Assembly: GCA_040285825.1 (NCBI GenBank)
Contig: JAUPSS010000004.1
Coordinates: forward strand, 1,054,001 to 1,118,000
DNA: 64,000 nucleotides
DNA from: Eukaryota sp. TZLM1-RC
Taxonomy: Eukaryota > Protista > Metamonada: BaSk clade
Direction: 5' to 3'
Part shown: positions 1 through 14,305 of the stretch, one piece after another
How positions within the stretch are numbered: position 1 is the stretch's first letter
How the letters are laid out: each line of letters starts with the position of its first letter
The notes under the pieces: generated by a model
What the model saw: only the letters and a program-made list of their open reading frames with translations
What the model was told of the DNA's origin: nothing
Database searches by the model: none
Program-made: the position numbers and the translations under genes

Positions 1-360
1 CTTGTCAAAATAAAGCAAAATCAAGACACAATGAGTTTCTGTCACAGACAAAATCTTAATTTCTTTTCACCCTAGGATATAAAGATCTAGTAAACTATTG
101 AAAACTTTTCTTATTCAATCTAAATCTAAATCAACTCTATTGAAACTGATTAGCTCCCACGTGGTTTACATGTGTTTCTACTTCTTACTCTCACTTGTCA
201 ACCGTCCGATACATCGGAGGTTCCATAATTCAATGTTTTTCAGTTATGTTTCTTAAGTTTAAGGAACAAAAATAGAACATGTCTCATCTCGATTTAAATT
301 CATCTGATCACTTGAATTAATTTCTTTTCTTTATTCTTTATTATTATCTCTTTGGTATTA

Positions 361-2871
361 TTTATTTACGTGGTCGTTATGGTGCCGCAAAACAGTCCTT
401 GTTTACCTCTTCTTTGGCTGATGCAAATTCTGATACCCTTGAAAAACTTCAAAAGTTGCACCCTCAAGAAAATTTCAAGTGCAGCAAGCCTGATGTGTGT
501 CCTTTTTGGATTGAAAATCCTATTACTGCAATTGAAGTTCTTAAAACTATTCAAAAATTACCAAAAGGGAAAACAGCAGGCCCAACTGGAATTTCTTTTG
601 ATCTGTTAAAAATAGCGTGTTCCAGTGCTCCCGAAATTGCTGATGATCTAGCCCATTATTTTCAACAATTAATTGTTTACAAAATTAATCCTCCATTTGA
701 ATTACTCGCTGCACGTCTGATTGCTTTAGTAAAGCCTGGAAACGGAATCAAACCTGATGGAATACGCCCAATTGCTGTTGATTGAATCTCCATCTCGTTT
801 GCTGGCATCAATTGTCTTCGATCGTGTCAAAGACAAAGCTTCTACATTTTTGAATCCTCATCAATTTGGAATCAAAACAATTGATGGTGCTTCTGTTGCT
901 GCTATTGCCTCTGACACTTTTTTTAATGCAGAAGAAAATAACTTTATCTTTAATCTGGACTTTAAAAATGCTTTTAATTCTGTAAAGCGAAAAGCAATTT
1001 TTGAAGTAATTAAATCTGATTTTCCTGAGCTATCGAGTTTTTTCTACCATTTTTATGGGAAAGAATCAGATTTAATTTATAATTCATGTGGTCTTAAATC
1101 ATCTTCTGGTGTGCAGCAAGGTGATCCTTTAGGCCCAATATTGTTTTGTTTAGCTATTCACAACATTTTAAATATCATTAAGCAAAAACACCCTTCTACA
1201 AAAATAGTTGCTTATATGGATGATATATCCTTGATTGGTTCATTTGATTTACTAGAATTGGTTGCTCAAGAAATTGCTGATTAATATGAAAATATTGGGC
1301 TTCATCTTAATGCGAGCAAATGCCTTCTCATTGGCTCTTCTGCTCAAGATCTCGTGATAAATGATTCTATTGTCCCTTTTACTAATTATAGTAGTGATTC
1401 TGTTAAGTTCCTTGGTTGTTGGTTAGGAAACGTGCCTCAAATGCAGAATGAATTGCAAGCTATTTTGGAAAAAATGAAAATTGAACTTGATTCAATTTCT
1501 GCTTTAGATATAGAAAAACACATTAAATTTTTCATGCTTAAAATTTGCTACACTGGGAGTATAACCCACATTTTGAGATCTTGTGCTCCTTCCATAGCAT
1601 TAGATTTTTGTCGTTCTTTTAATTCATTGAGAACAAAATTTTTTGCTGATTTATTGAATGTAGATCCAGGAATGTTGAAAAGTCACTTATTTTCTTCAGC
1701 AAATTTGGGTGGTATTGGATTTACTAAATCTTCAATTTTGTGTCAATCAACATTCTTGGGTGGTGGCAAAAAAATTTTTATGAATTTTCTCGTAGATTTC
1801 CTAATGATTCTCATCTGGTAGTTCCCAGTTGCAGTCCATATTTGTATGAGTTATCTTGTGAACTTGAAAAAATGTTTTCCTCAATCAATTCAAGAAATTC
1901 CAAACCGATCTCTTTTTAATTTACAGTTTTGCTGTAAAAAGCTTCAACAAAAATTGTCAAAGATTTTTGAAAGCTTGGATTTTGATGTTAGACTTGGCTT
2001 GGCCAAGAAAAAGAATCCCGCTTTTGCAAATCTTTTACAAGATATGTGTGACAGTACTTCTTCTGCCTTAGTAACAACAATTCCACAAGTTTATGGTACT
2101 CTCTTATCCTATTCTGCTTGGACTCTGAATATGAGATTTCGTTCCTTTATCTGGCCTGATAATTTACCTCATAATTTAATTTGTAAATGTTCTCGAGAAA
2201 TTACAACTACTCATTTGTTAAATTGTAAACATTTTATTACTTTTAGAAGCAAGGTTCATGATGCTGTAAGAGACCAGTTATATTGTATGTGTAAATCTCA
2301 TAGAATTGAATCCTTCTTGGAACCTCTGTTGTCAAATCTGTTTGATGCTGAAGATGATTTTCATAAGAATAATAGAGGTGATGTTATATTACCTGGATTA
2401 GATGGAAGTTTCATTTTAGTGGATGTAATGTCTGTTGATCCTTGTAATGCCTCAAATGAAAGGCTTGTTAATTCTGAAATTCATAATCCTCTTTCAAATG
2501 CTGAAAATTTCAAATTCAAAAAATACAATGAACCTTTGTCCAAAAAGGCCAGTCTACAGCATGCAAAATACAATTTGTATCCATTTGTATTTTCCCTCTT
2601 TGGTTCACTTGCACCAACTGCTTTACGTTTTTTGGATGATTTTGAAATGATTGTAAAGAGAAGAACTGGCAGAAATTTCAACAGATTGTTTTGGCAAAAT
2701 AGAATTGTGTTTTCTATTTTTAAGGGGATGTTGAAGATGGTTTCTGATGCTTTGCTGTCTCTTGGTTCTCACTATGAGGGAGTTGCATCTAGTGTTTTTG
2801 TTTTGGGAGAGATGGATTTTTTAGATGTTGATTTATAGGTTTTGAATAAAATTAAAATTAAATAAAAAAAA
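361..2871 (+). mobile_element. 5'-truncated, disrupted CRE-like non-LTR retrotransposon, family A (RT + RLE endonuclease)
   Basis: ORF pieces 399-2838 carry RPIA, LDFKNAFN, GVQQGDPLGP, YMDD, CKC..HLLNC..HDAVRD, RGD..D and K..KY; ends TAG gttttgAATAAA..poly(A). Frameshift near 780, stop at 1282, 24-bp deletion near 1870. Confidence 0.92.
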
Positions 2872-2873
2872 CT

Positions 2874-3026
2874 TTGGTATTCATTTGCTAATTAATCATC
2901 AAACTTTATTTGTACAAGATTTGGTTAAAACTGACAATAGATGAATGTAACATTAATCAACAAAGTTATTTATTAAATAGACCACAGTACTTTGTAATCT
3001 TCTACTTCTGGATCGTCTGGTAAGTT
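2874..3026 (-). pseudogene. 3' remnant (last codons + 3' UTR) of a paralog of the kinase-Sel1 gene
   Basis: Aligns with 17636-17786, e.g. gttatttattaaatagaccacagtacttt; encodes LTRRSRSRRL versus LARHSRRRRL. Confidence 0.8.
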
Positions 3027-3042
3027 TTCAGCCTACCATAGT

Positions 3043-6000
3043 CCATAGCAGCCTTACCCATAGATCCAAGCAAAGAAAAAACAAAGGGACATAAATTATA
3101 TTGTGCATGAGAATTTTCATTAATCGAGGAAATGGGTTTCGCATATGTAGCAATTTTATATTTTTCGCCTGTAAGAAGAGGATTATTTACATCCGAGTTA
3201 ATGAGATGTTCGTTAGAGGAATTACAAGGGTCAACAGACATGGCGTCCAAAATAGTAAAACTACCATTTAAACCAGGAACAACTAGATCACCTCTAGTCA
3301 GACCCATAGAAGCTCTGTTGTAACGCGTACTATCAATATTGGGATCATCAAGAATTATTTTTGATAACAGCGGTTCTAAAAAGGAATCTACTCGATATGA
3401 TTTGCACATTACATAAATTTGGTCCCTGACGTTATTATGCACTTTGTTTCTAAACGTAATGAAATGTTTGCAGTTCAAAAGATGAGTAAACAAAAGAGAT
3501 TTACCACATTTACAAGTTAAATGATTGGGCAAATTGTTTGGCCACAGAAAACAACGAAAACGCATGTTTAGAAGCCATTCATTGTTGTTTAACAAAAGTC
3601 CATAAACAGAGGGAACATGAGTTACTAAAGCAGCAGCTGAACTATCACGAATATTTTTTTTATTTAATTTTAATTTTATTCAAAACCTATAAATCAACAT
3701 CTAAAAAATACATCTCTCCCAAAACAAAAACACTAGATGCAACTCCCTCATAGTGAGAACCAAGAGACAGCAAAGCATCAGAAACCATCTTCAACATCCC
3801 CTTAAAAATAGAAAACACAATTCTATTTTGCCAAAACAATCTGTTGAAATTTCTCCCAGTTCTTTTCTTTACAATCATTTCAAAATCATCCAAAAAACGT
3901 AAAGCAGTTGGTGCAAGTGAACCAAAAAGGGAAAATACAAAAGGATACAAATTGTATTTTGCATGCTGTAGACTGGCCAATTTGGACAAAGGTTCATTGT
4001 ATTTTTTGAATTTAAAATTTTCAGCATTTGAAAGGGGATTATGAATTTTAGAATTAACTAGCCTTTCATTTGAGGCATTACAAGGATCAACAGACATTAC
4101 ATCCACTAAAATGAAACTTCCATCTAATCCAGGTAATATAACATCACCTCTATTATTCTTATGAAAATCATCTTCAGCATCAAACAGATTTGACAACAGA
4201 GGTTCCAAGAAGGATTCAATTCTATGAGATTTACACATACAATATAACTGGTCTCTTACAGCATCATGAACCTTGCTTCTAAAAGTAATAAAATGTTTAC
4301 AATTTAACAAATGAGTAGTTGTAATTTCTCGAGAACATTTACAAAATAAATTATGAGGTAAATTATCAGGCCAGATAAAGGAACGAAATCTCATATTCAG
4401 AGTCCAAGCAGAATCGGATAAGAGAGTACCATAAACTTGTGGAATTGTTGTTACTAAGGCAGAAGAAGTACTGTCACACATATCTTGTAAAAGATTTGCA
4501 AAAGCGGGATTCTTTTTCTTGGCCAAGCCAAGTCTAACATCAAAATCCAAGCTTTCAAAAATCTTTGACAATTTTTGTTGAAGCTTTTTACAGCAAAACT
4601 GTAAATTAAAAAGAGATCGGTTTGGAATTTCTTGAATTGATTGAGGAAAACATTTGGTCCAAATTTGTGGCGGCAATTTTCAAGTTCACAAGATAACTCA
4701 TACAAATAGGGACTGCAATTGGGAACTAACAGATGAGAATCATCAGGAAATCTACGAGGAAATTCATAAATAAAATTTTGCCACCACCCAAGAATGCTGA
4801 TTGACACAAAATTGAAGACTTAGTAAATCCAATACCACCCAAATTTGCTGAAGAAAATAAATGGCTTTTCAACATTCCTGGTTCTACATCCAATAAATCA
4901 GCAAAAAATTCTGTTCTCAATGAATTAAATGAACGACAAAAATCTAATGCTGTGGAAGGAGCACAAGATCTCAAAATGTGGGTTATTCTCCCAGTGTAGC
5001 AAATTTTAAGCATGAAAAATTTAATATGCTTTTCTATATCTAAAGAAGAAATTGAATCAAGTTCAAATTTCATTTTTTCCAAAATAACTTGCAATTCATT
5101 CTGAATTTGAGGCACGTTTCCTAACCAACAACCAAGGAACTTAAAAGCATCACTACTATAATTAGTAAAAGGTACAATAGAAAATACAATCCTGTTTTAC
5201 CAGTAAACACGATTGAAAATTCTTCCAGTTCTTTCCTTTACAACAACAACAAAATCCTCAAGGAAAGCCATAGCAGCCTTACCTAGAGATCCAAGCAAAC
5301 AAAAAACAAATGGACATAAATTATATTGGGCATGAGAATTTTCATTAACCGTGGAAATGGGTTTCGCATATTTAGCAATTTTATATAAACTTCTGTCTGG
5401 AATTTCTTGAATGGATATGGGGAAACATGATTGCCATAAGTCGGGAGATAAACTGGATATTTCTTCACTTAAGTTATCGAGGAATAGGCTATTTGTAGTA
5501 ATTTGAAAATTATTTTCAACGCTAACAAAACATTAAACAAAAAACTAGAACTCAATATCCTCAATACATGCATCAACATCATTTTTTTTGACCAAAATTT
5601 TATTTTTATTCAAAACCTATTTTTTATTTATTGAATTTGCACACTCAATTAAATTAACTCAATACTAATGGGACGACTATCATTGAACCAAGATTTCCTC
5701 TACAAAATCTTGATCTGCTTGCTGTCTAGCTAAAGCTTCTCTTATTCGATTGAAAAACCGTGGTAGTCTATTAATAATGGCAAATTGAATCCGTGAACGC
5801 CATAAAAATATATCAAATCTTACTGTTTTTTCTTTTTTTTTCAAAACCTTTTTATTCAACAACAAATATGAAATACACAATTAAAACTCCACATCCTCAA
5901 AACCTGCCTCCCCTACATCAAAACAATTAATTGCTAAAGATTCAGAAAATTTCCCAAAAGAAGATAGTGAATCAGAAATTAGTTTTACGATTCCCTTAAA

Positions 6001-9000
6001 AATAGAAAATACAATCCTGTTTTGCCAGTAAACACGATTGAAAATTCTTCCAGTTCTTTCCTTTACAACTACAACAAAATCCTCAAGGAAAGCCATAGCA
6101 GCCTTACCTAGAGATCCAAGCAAAGAAAAAACAAAGGGACATAAATTATATTGTGCATGAGAATTTTCATTAATCGAGGAAATGGGTTTCGCATATGTAG
6201 CAATTTTATATTTTTCGCCTGTAAGAAGAGGATTATTTACATCCGAGTTAATGAGATGTTCGTTAGAGGAATTACAAGGGTCAACAGACATGGCGTCCAA
6301 AATAGTAAAACTACCATTTAAACCAGGAACAACTAGATCACCTCTAGTCAGACCCATAGAAGCTCTGTTGTAACGCGTACTATCAATATTGGGATCATCA
6401 AGAATTATTTTTGATAACAGCGGTTCTAAAAAGGAATCTACTCGATATGATTTGCACATTACATAAATTTGGTCCCTGACGTTATTATGCACTTTGTTTC
6501 TAAACGTAATGAAATGTTTGCAGTTCAAAAGATGAGTAAACAAAAGAGGTTTACCACATTTACAAGTTAAATGATTGGGCAAATTGTTTGGCCACAGAAA
6601 ACAACGAAAACGCATGTTTAGAAGCCATTCATTGTTGTTTAACAAAAGTCCATAAACAGAGGGAACATGAGTTACTAAAGCAGCAGCTGAACTATCACGA
6701 ATATTTTTTTTATTTAATTTTAATTTTATTCAAAACCTATAAATCAACATCTAAAAAATACATCTCTCCCAAAACAAAAACACTAGATGCAACTCCCTCA
6801 TAGTGAGAACCAAGAGACAGCAAAGCATCAGAAACCATCTTCAACATCCCCTTAAAAATAGAAAACACAATTCTATTTTGCCAAAACAATCTGTTGAAAT
6901 TTCTCCCAGTTCTTTTCTTTACAATCATTTCAAAAATCATCCAAAAACGTAAAGCAGTTGGTGCAAGTGAACCAAAAGGGAAAATACAAAAGGATACAAA
7001 TTGTATTTTTGCATGCTGTAGACTGGCCAATTTGGACAAAGGTTCATTGTATTTTTGAATTTAAAATTTTCAGCATTTGAAAGGGGATTATGAATTTTAG
7101 AATTAACTAGCCTTTCATTTGAGGCATTACAAGGATCAACAGACATTACATCCACTAAAATGAAACTTCCATCTAATCCAGGTAATATAACATCACCTCT
7201 ATTATTCTTATGAAAATCATCTTCAGCATCAAACAGATTTGACAACAGAGGTTCCAAGAAGGATTCAATTCTATGAGATTTACACATACAATATAACTGG
7301 TCTCTTACAGCATCATGAACCTTGCTTCTAAAAGTAATAAAATGTTTACAATTTAACAAATGAGTAGTTGTAATTTCTCGAGAACATTTACAAAATAAAT
7401 TATGAGGTAAATTATCAGGCCAGATAAAGGAACGAAATCTCATATTCAGAGTCCAAGCAGAATCGGATAAGAGAGTACCATAAACTTGTGGAATTGTTGT
7501 TACTAAGGCAGAAGAAGTACTGTCACACATATCTTGTAAAAGATTTGCAAAAGCGGGATTCTTTTTCTTGGCCAAGCCAAGTCTAACATCAAAATCCAAG
7601 CTTTCAAAAATCTTTGACAATTTTTGTTGAAGCTTTTTACAGCAAAACTGTAAATTAAAAAGAGATCGGTTTGGAATTTCTTGAATTGATTGAGGAAAAC
7701 ATTTGGTCCAAATTTGTGGCGGCAATTTTTCAAATTCACAAGATAACTCATACAAATAGGGACTGCAATTGGGAACTAACAGATGAGAATCATCAGGAAA
7801 TCTACGAGGAAATTCATAAATAAAATTTTTGCCACCACCCAAGAATGCTGATTGACACAAAATTGAAGACTTAGTAAATCCAATACCACCCAAATTTGCT
7901 GAAGAAAATAAATGGCTTTTCAACATTCCTGGTTCTACATCCAATAAATCAGCAAAAAATTCTGTTCTCAATGAATTAAATGAACGACAAAAATCTAATG
8001 CTGTGGAAGGAGCACAAGATCTCAAAATGTGGGTTATTCTCCCAGTGTAGCAAATTTTAAGCATGAAAAATTTAATATGCTTTTCTATATCTAAAGAAGA
8101 AATTGAATCAAGTTCAAATTTCATTTTTTCCAAAATAACTTGCAATTCATTCTGAATTTGAGGCACGTTTCCTAACCAACAACCAAGGAACTTAAAAGCA
8201 TCACTACTATAATTAGTAAAAGGTACAATAGAAAATACAATCCTGTTTTGCCAGTAAACACGATTGAAAATTCTTCCAGTTCTTTCCTTTACAACTACAA
8301 CAAAATCCTTAAGGAAAGCCATAGCAGCCTTACCTAGAGATCCAAGCAAACAAAAAACAAATGGACATAAATTATATTGGGCATGAGAATTTTCATTAAC
8401 CGTGGAAATGGGTTTCGCATATTTAGCAATTTTATATAAACTTCTGTCTGGAATTTCTTGAATGGATATGGGGAAACATGATTGCCATAAGTCGGGAGAT
8501 AAACTGGATATTTCTTCACTTAAGTTATCGAGGAATAGGCTATTTGTAGTAATTTGAAAATTATTTTCAACGCTAACAAAACATTAAACAAAAAACTAGA
8601 ACTCAATATCCTCAATACATGCATCAACATCATTTTTTGACCAAAATTTTATTTTTATTCAAAACCTATTTTTTATTTATTGAATTTGCACACTCAATTA
8701 AATTAACTCAATACTAATGGGACGACTATCATTGAACCAAGATTTCCTCTACAAAATCTTGATCTGCTTGCTGTCTAGCTAAAGCTTCTCTTATTCGATT
8801 GAAAAACCGTGGTAGTCTATTAATAATGGCAAATTGAATCCGTGAACGCCATAAAAATATATCAAATCTTACTGTTTTTTCTTTTTTTTTCAAAAATTTT
8901 TTATTCAACAACAAATATGAAATACACAATTAAAACTCCACATCCTCAAAACCTGCCTCCCCTACATCAAAACAATTAATTGCTAAAGATTCAGAAAATT

Positions 9001-12000
9001 TCCCAAAAGAAGATAGTGAATCAGAAATTAGTTTTACCATTCCCTTAAAAATAGAAAATACAATCCTGTTTTGCCAGTAAACACGATTGAAAATTCTTCC
9101 AGTTCTTTGCTTTACAACTACAACAATATCCTCAAGGAAAGCCATAGCAGCCTTACCTAGAGATCCAAGCAAAGAAAAAACAAAGGGACATAAATTATAT
9201 TGTGCATGAGAATTTTCATTAATCGAGGAAATGGGTTTCGCATATGTAGCAATTTTATATTTTTCGCCTGCAAGAAGAGGATTATTTACATCCGAGTTAA
9301 TGAGATGTTCGTTAGAGGAATTACAAGGGTCAACAGACATGGCGTCCAAAATAGTAAAACTACCATTTAAACCAGGAACAACTAGATCACCTCTAGTCAG
9401 ACCCATAGAAGCTCTGTTGTAACGCGTACTATCAATATTGGGATCATCAAGAATTAATTTTGATAACAGCGGTTCTAAAAAGGAATCTACTCGATATGAT
9501 TTGCACATTACATAAATTTGGTCCCTGACGTTATTATGCACTTTGTTTCTAAACGTAATGAAATGTTTGCAGTTCAAAAGATGAGTAAACAAAAGAGGTT
9601 TACCACATTTACAAGTTAAATGATTGGGCAAATTGTTTGGCCACAGAAAACAACGAAAACGCATGTTTAGAAGCCATTCATTGTTGTTTAACAAAAGTCC
9701 ATAAACAGAGGGAACATGAGTTACTAAAGCAGCAGCTGAACTATCACGAATATTTTTTTTATTTAATTTTAATTTTATTCAAAACCTATAAATCAACATC
9801 TAAAAAATACATCTCTCCCAAAACAAAAACACGAGATGCAACTCTCTCATAGTGAGATTCAAGAGAAAGCAAAGCATCAGAAACCATCTTCAACATACCC
9901 TTAAAAATAGAAAACACAATTCTATTTTGCCAAAACAATCTGTTGAAATTTCTGCCAGTTCTTCTCTTTACAATCATTTCAAAATCATCCAAAAAACGTA
10001 AAGCAGTTGGTGCAAGTGAACCAAAAAGGGAAAATACAAATGGATACAAATTGTATTTTGCATGCTGTAGACTGGCCAATTTAGACAAAGGTTCATTGTA
10101 TTTTTTGAGTTTGAAATTTTCAGCATTTGAAAGAGGATTATGAATTTCAGAATTAACAAGCCTTTCATTTGAGGCATTACAAGGATCAACAGACATTACA
10201 TCCAATAAAATGAAGCTTCCATCTAATCCAGGTAATATAACATCACCTCTATTATTCTTATGAAAATCATCTTCAGCATCAAACAGATTTGACAACAGAG
10301 GTTCCAAGAAGGATTCAATTCTATGAGATTTACACATACAATATAACTGGTCTCTTACAGCATCATGAACCTTGCTTCTAAAAGTAATAAAATGTTTACA
10401 ATTTAACAAATGAGTAATTGTAATTTCTCGAGAACATTTACAAATTAAATTATGAGGTAAATTATCAGGCCAGATAAAGGAACGAAATCTCATATTCAGA
10501 GTCCAAGCAGAATCGGATAAGAGAGTACCATAAACTTGTGGAATTGTTGTTACTAAGGCAGAAGAAGTACTGTCACACATATCTTGTAAAAGATTTGCAA
10601 AAGCGGGATTCTTTTTCTTGGCCAAGCCAAGTCTAACATCAAAATCCAAACTTTCAAAAATCTTTGACAATTTTTGTTGAAGCTTTTTACAGCAAAACTG
10701 TAAATTAAAAAGAGATCGGTTTGGAATTTCTTGAATTGATTGAGGAAAACATTTGGTCCAAATTTGTGGCGGCAATTTTTCAAGTTCACAAGATAACTCA
10801 TACAAATAGGGACTGCAATTGGGAACTAACAGATGAGAATCATCAGGAAATCTACGAGAAAATTCATAAATAAAATTTTTGCCACCACCCAAGAATGCTG
10901 ATTGACACAAAATTGAAGATTTAGTAAATCCAATACCACCCAAATTTGCTGAAGAAAATAAATGGCTTTTCAACATTCCTGGTTCTACATCCAATAAATC
11001 AGCAAAAAATTCTGTTCTCAATGAATTAAATGAACGACAAAAATCTAATGCTGTGGAAGGAGCACAAGATCTCAAAATGTGGGTTATTCTCCCAGTGTAG
11101 CAAATTTTAAGCATGAAAAATTTAATATGCTTTTCTATATCTAAAGAAGAAATTGAATCAAGTTCAAATTTCATTTTTTCCAAAATAACTTGCAATTCAT
11201 TCTGAATTTGAGGCACGATTCCTAACCAACAACCAAGGAACTTAAAAGCATCACTACTATAATTAGTAAAAGGTACAATAGAAAATACAATCCTGTTTTG
11301 CCAGTAAACACGATTGAAAATTCTTCCAGTTCTTTCCTTTACAACTACAACAAAATCCTTAAGGAAAGCCATAGCAGCCTTACCTAGAGATCCAAGCAAA
11401 CAAAAAACAAATGGACATAAATTATATTGGGCATGAGAATTTTCATTAACCGAGGAAATGGGTTTCGCATATTTAGCAATTTTATATAAACTTCTGTCTG
11501 GAATTTCTTGAATGGATATGGGGAAACATGATTGCCATAAGTCGGGAGATAAACTGGATATTTTTTCACTTAAGTTATCGAGGAATAGGCTATTTGTAGT
11601 AATTTGAAAATTATTTTCAACGCTAACAAAACATTAAACAAAAACTAGAACTCAATATCCTCAATACATGCATCAACATCATTTTTTTGACCAAAATTTT
11701 ATTTTTATTCAAAACCTATTTTTTATTTATTGAATTTGCACACTCAATTAAATTAACTCAATACTAATGGGACGACTATCATTGAACCAAGATTTCCTCT
11801 ACAAAATCTTGATCTGCTTGCTGTCTAGCTAAAGCTTCTCTTATTCGATTGAAAAACCGTGGTAGTCTATTAATAATGGCAAATTGAATCCGTGAACGCC
11901 ATAAAAATATATCAAATCTTATTGTTTTTTCTTTTTTTTTCAAAACCTTTTTATTCAACAACAAATATGAAATACACAATTAAAACTCCACATCCTCAAA

Positions 12001-14305
12001 ACCTGCCTCCCCTACATCAAAACAATTAATTGCTAAAGATTCAGAAAATTTCCCAAAAGAAGATAGTGAATCAGAAATTAGTTTTACCATTCCCTTAAAA
12101 ATAGAAAATACAATCCTGTTTTGCCAGTAAACACGATTGAAAATTCTTCCAGTTCTTTCCTTTACAACTACAACAAAATCCTCAAGGAAAGCCATAGCAG
12201 CCTTACCTAGAGATCCAAGCAAAGAAAAAACAAAGGGACATAAATTATATTGTGCATGAGAATTTTCATTAATCGAGGAAATGGGTTTCGCATATGTAGC
12301 AATTTTATATTTTTTGCCTGCAAGAAGAGGATTATTTACATCCGAGTTAATGAGATGTTCGTTAGAGGAATTACAAGGGTCAACAGACATGGCGTCCAAA
12401 ATAGTAAAACTACCATTTAAACCAGGAACAACTAGATCACCTCTAGTCAGACCCATAGAAGCTCTGTTGTAACGCGTACTATCAATATTGGGATCATCAA
12501 GAATTAATTTTGATAACAGCGGTTCTAAAAAGGAATCTACTCGATATGATTTGCACATTACATAAATTTGGTCCCTGACGTTATTATGCACTTTGCTTCT
12601 AAACGTAATGAAATGTATGCAGTTCAAACGATGAGTAAACAAAAGAGGTTTACCACATTTACAAGTTAAATGATTGGGCAAATTGTTTGGCCACAGAAAA
12701 CAACGAAAACGCATGTTTAGAAGCCATTCATTGTTGTTTAACAAAAGTCCATAAACAGAGGGAACATGAGTTACTAAAGCAGCAGCTGAACTATCACGAA
12801 TATTTTTTTTATTTAATTTTAATTTTATTCAAAACCTATAAATCAACATCTAAAAAATCCATCTCTCCCAAAACAAAAACACTAGATGCAACTCCCTCAT
12901 AGTGAGAACCAAGAGACAGCAAAGCATCAGAAACCATCTTCAACATCCCCTTAAAAATAGAAAACACAATTCTATTTTGCCAAAACAATCTGTTGAAATT
13001 TCTCCCACTTCTTCTCTTTTCAATCATTTCAAAATCATCCAAAAAACGTAAAGCAGTTGGTGCAAGTGAACCAAAGAGGGAAAATACAAATGGATACAAA
13101 TTGTATTTTGCATGCTGTAGACTGGCCAATTTGGACAAAGGTTCATTGTATTTTTTGAATTTGAAATTTTCAGCATTTGAAAGAGGATTATGAATTTCAG
13201 AATTAACAAGCCTTTCATTTGAGGCATTACAAGGATCAACAGACATTACATCCAATAAAATGAAGCTTCCATCTAATCCAGGTAATATAACATCACCTCT
13301 ATTATTCTTATGAAAATCATCTTCAGCATCAAACAGATTTGACAACAGAGGTTCCAAAAAGGATTCAATTCTATGAGACTTACACATACAATATAACTGG
13401 TCTCTTACAGCATCATGAACTTTGCTTCTAAAAGTAATAAAATGTTTAAAATTTAACAAATGAGTAATTGTAATTTCTCGAGAACATTTACAAATTAAAT
13501 TATGAGGTAAATTATCAGGCCAGATAAAGGAACGAAATCTCATATTCAGAGTCCAAGCAGAATCGGATAAGAGAGTACCATAAACTTGTGGAATTGTTGT
13601 TACTAAGGCAGAAGAAGTACTGTCACACATATCTTGTAAAAAGATTTGCAAAGCGGGATTCTTTTTCTTGGCCAAGCCAAGTCTAACATCAAAATCCAAG
13701 CTTTCAAAAATCTTTGACAATTTTTGTTGAAGCTTTTTACAGCAAAACTGTAAATTAAAAAGAGATCGGTTTGGAATTTCTTGAATTGATTGAGGAAAAC
13801 ATTTTTTCAAGTTCACAAGATAACTCATACAAATATGGACTGCAACTGGGAACTACCAGATGAGAATCATTAGGAAATCTACGAGAAAATTCATAAAAAT
13901 TTTTTTGCCACCACCCAAGAATGCTGATTGACACAAAATTGAAGATTTAGTAAATCCAATACCACCCAAATTTGCTGAAGAAAATAAGTGACTTTTCAAC
14001 ATTCCTGGTTCTACATCCAATAAATCACCAAAAATTTCTGTTCTCAATGAATTAAAAGAACGACAAAAATCTAATGCTATGGAAGGAGCACAAGATCTCA
14101 AAATGTGGGTTATTCTCCCAGTGTAGCAAATTTTGAGCATGAAAAATTTAATGTGTTTTTCTATATCTAAAGCAGAAATTGAATCAAGTTCAATTTTCAT
14201 TTTTTCCAAAATAGCTTGCAATTCATTCTGCATTTGAGGCACGTTTCCTAACCAACAACCAAGGAACTTAACAGAATCACTACTATAATTAGTAAAAGGG
14301 ACAAT
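3043..14305 (-). repeat. Tandem array, about 3.7 copies of a 3049-3050 bp unit built from fragments of families A, B, C, D and E
   Basis: Family A ORF ends at 3687, 6737, 9786 and 12836; family B ORF ends at 5881, 8930 and 11980; internal junctions recur identically in each unit. Confidence 0.95.

Noticed and set aside
5580-5880. Repeated short tails separated by variable segments, superficially CRISPR-like
   Set aside because: The repeats are retroelement 3' UTRs with irregular spacing, in a eukaryotic context with no cas genes.
6930-7060. Cluster of frameshifts in one array unit; also single frameshifts in the kinase (about 18290) and RCC1 (about 38830) genes
   Set aside because: All are one-base changes in homopolymers, most simply long-read consensus errors rather than programmed frameshifting.
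3132-13239. Recurrent short antisense or alternate-frame ORFs (63, 66, 71 and 82 aa)
   Set aside because: They are shadows of repeated retroelement sequence; recurrence reflects DNA duplication only.
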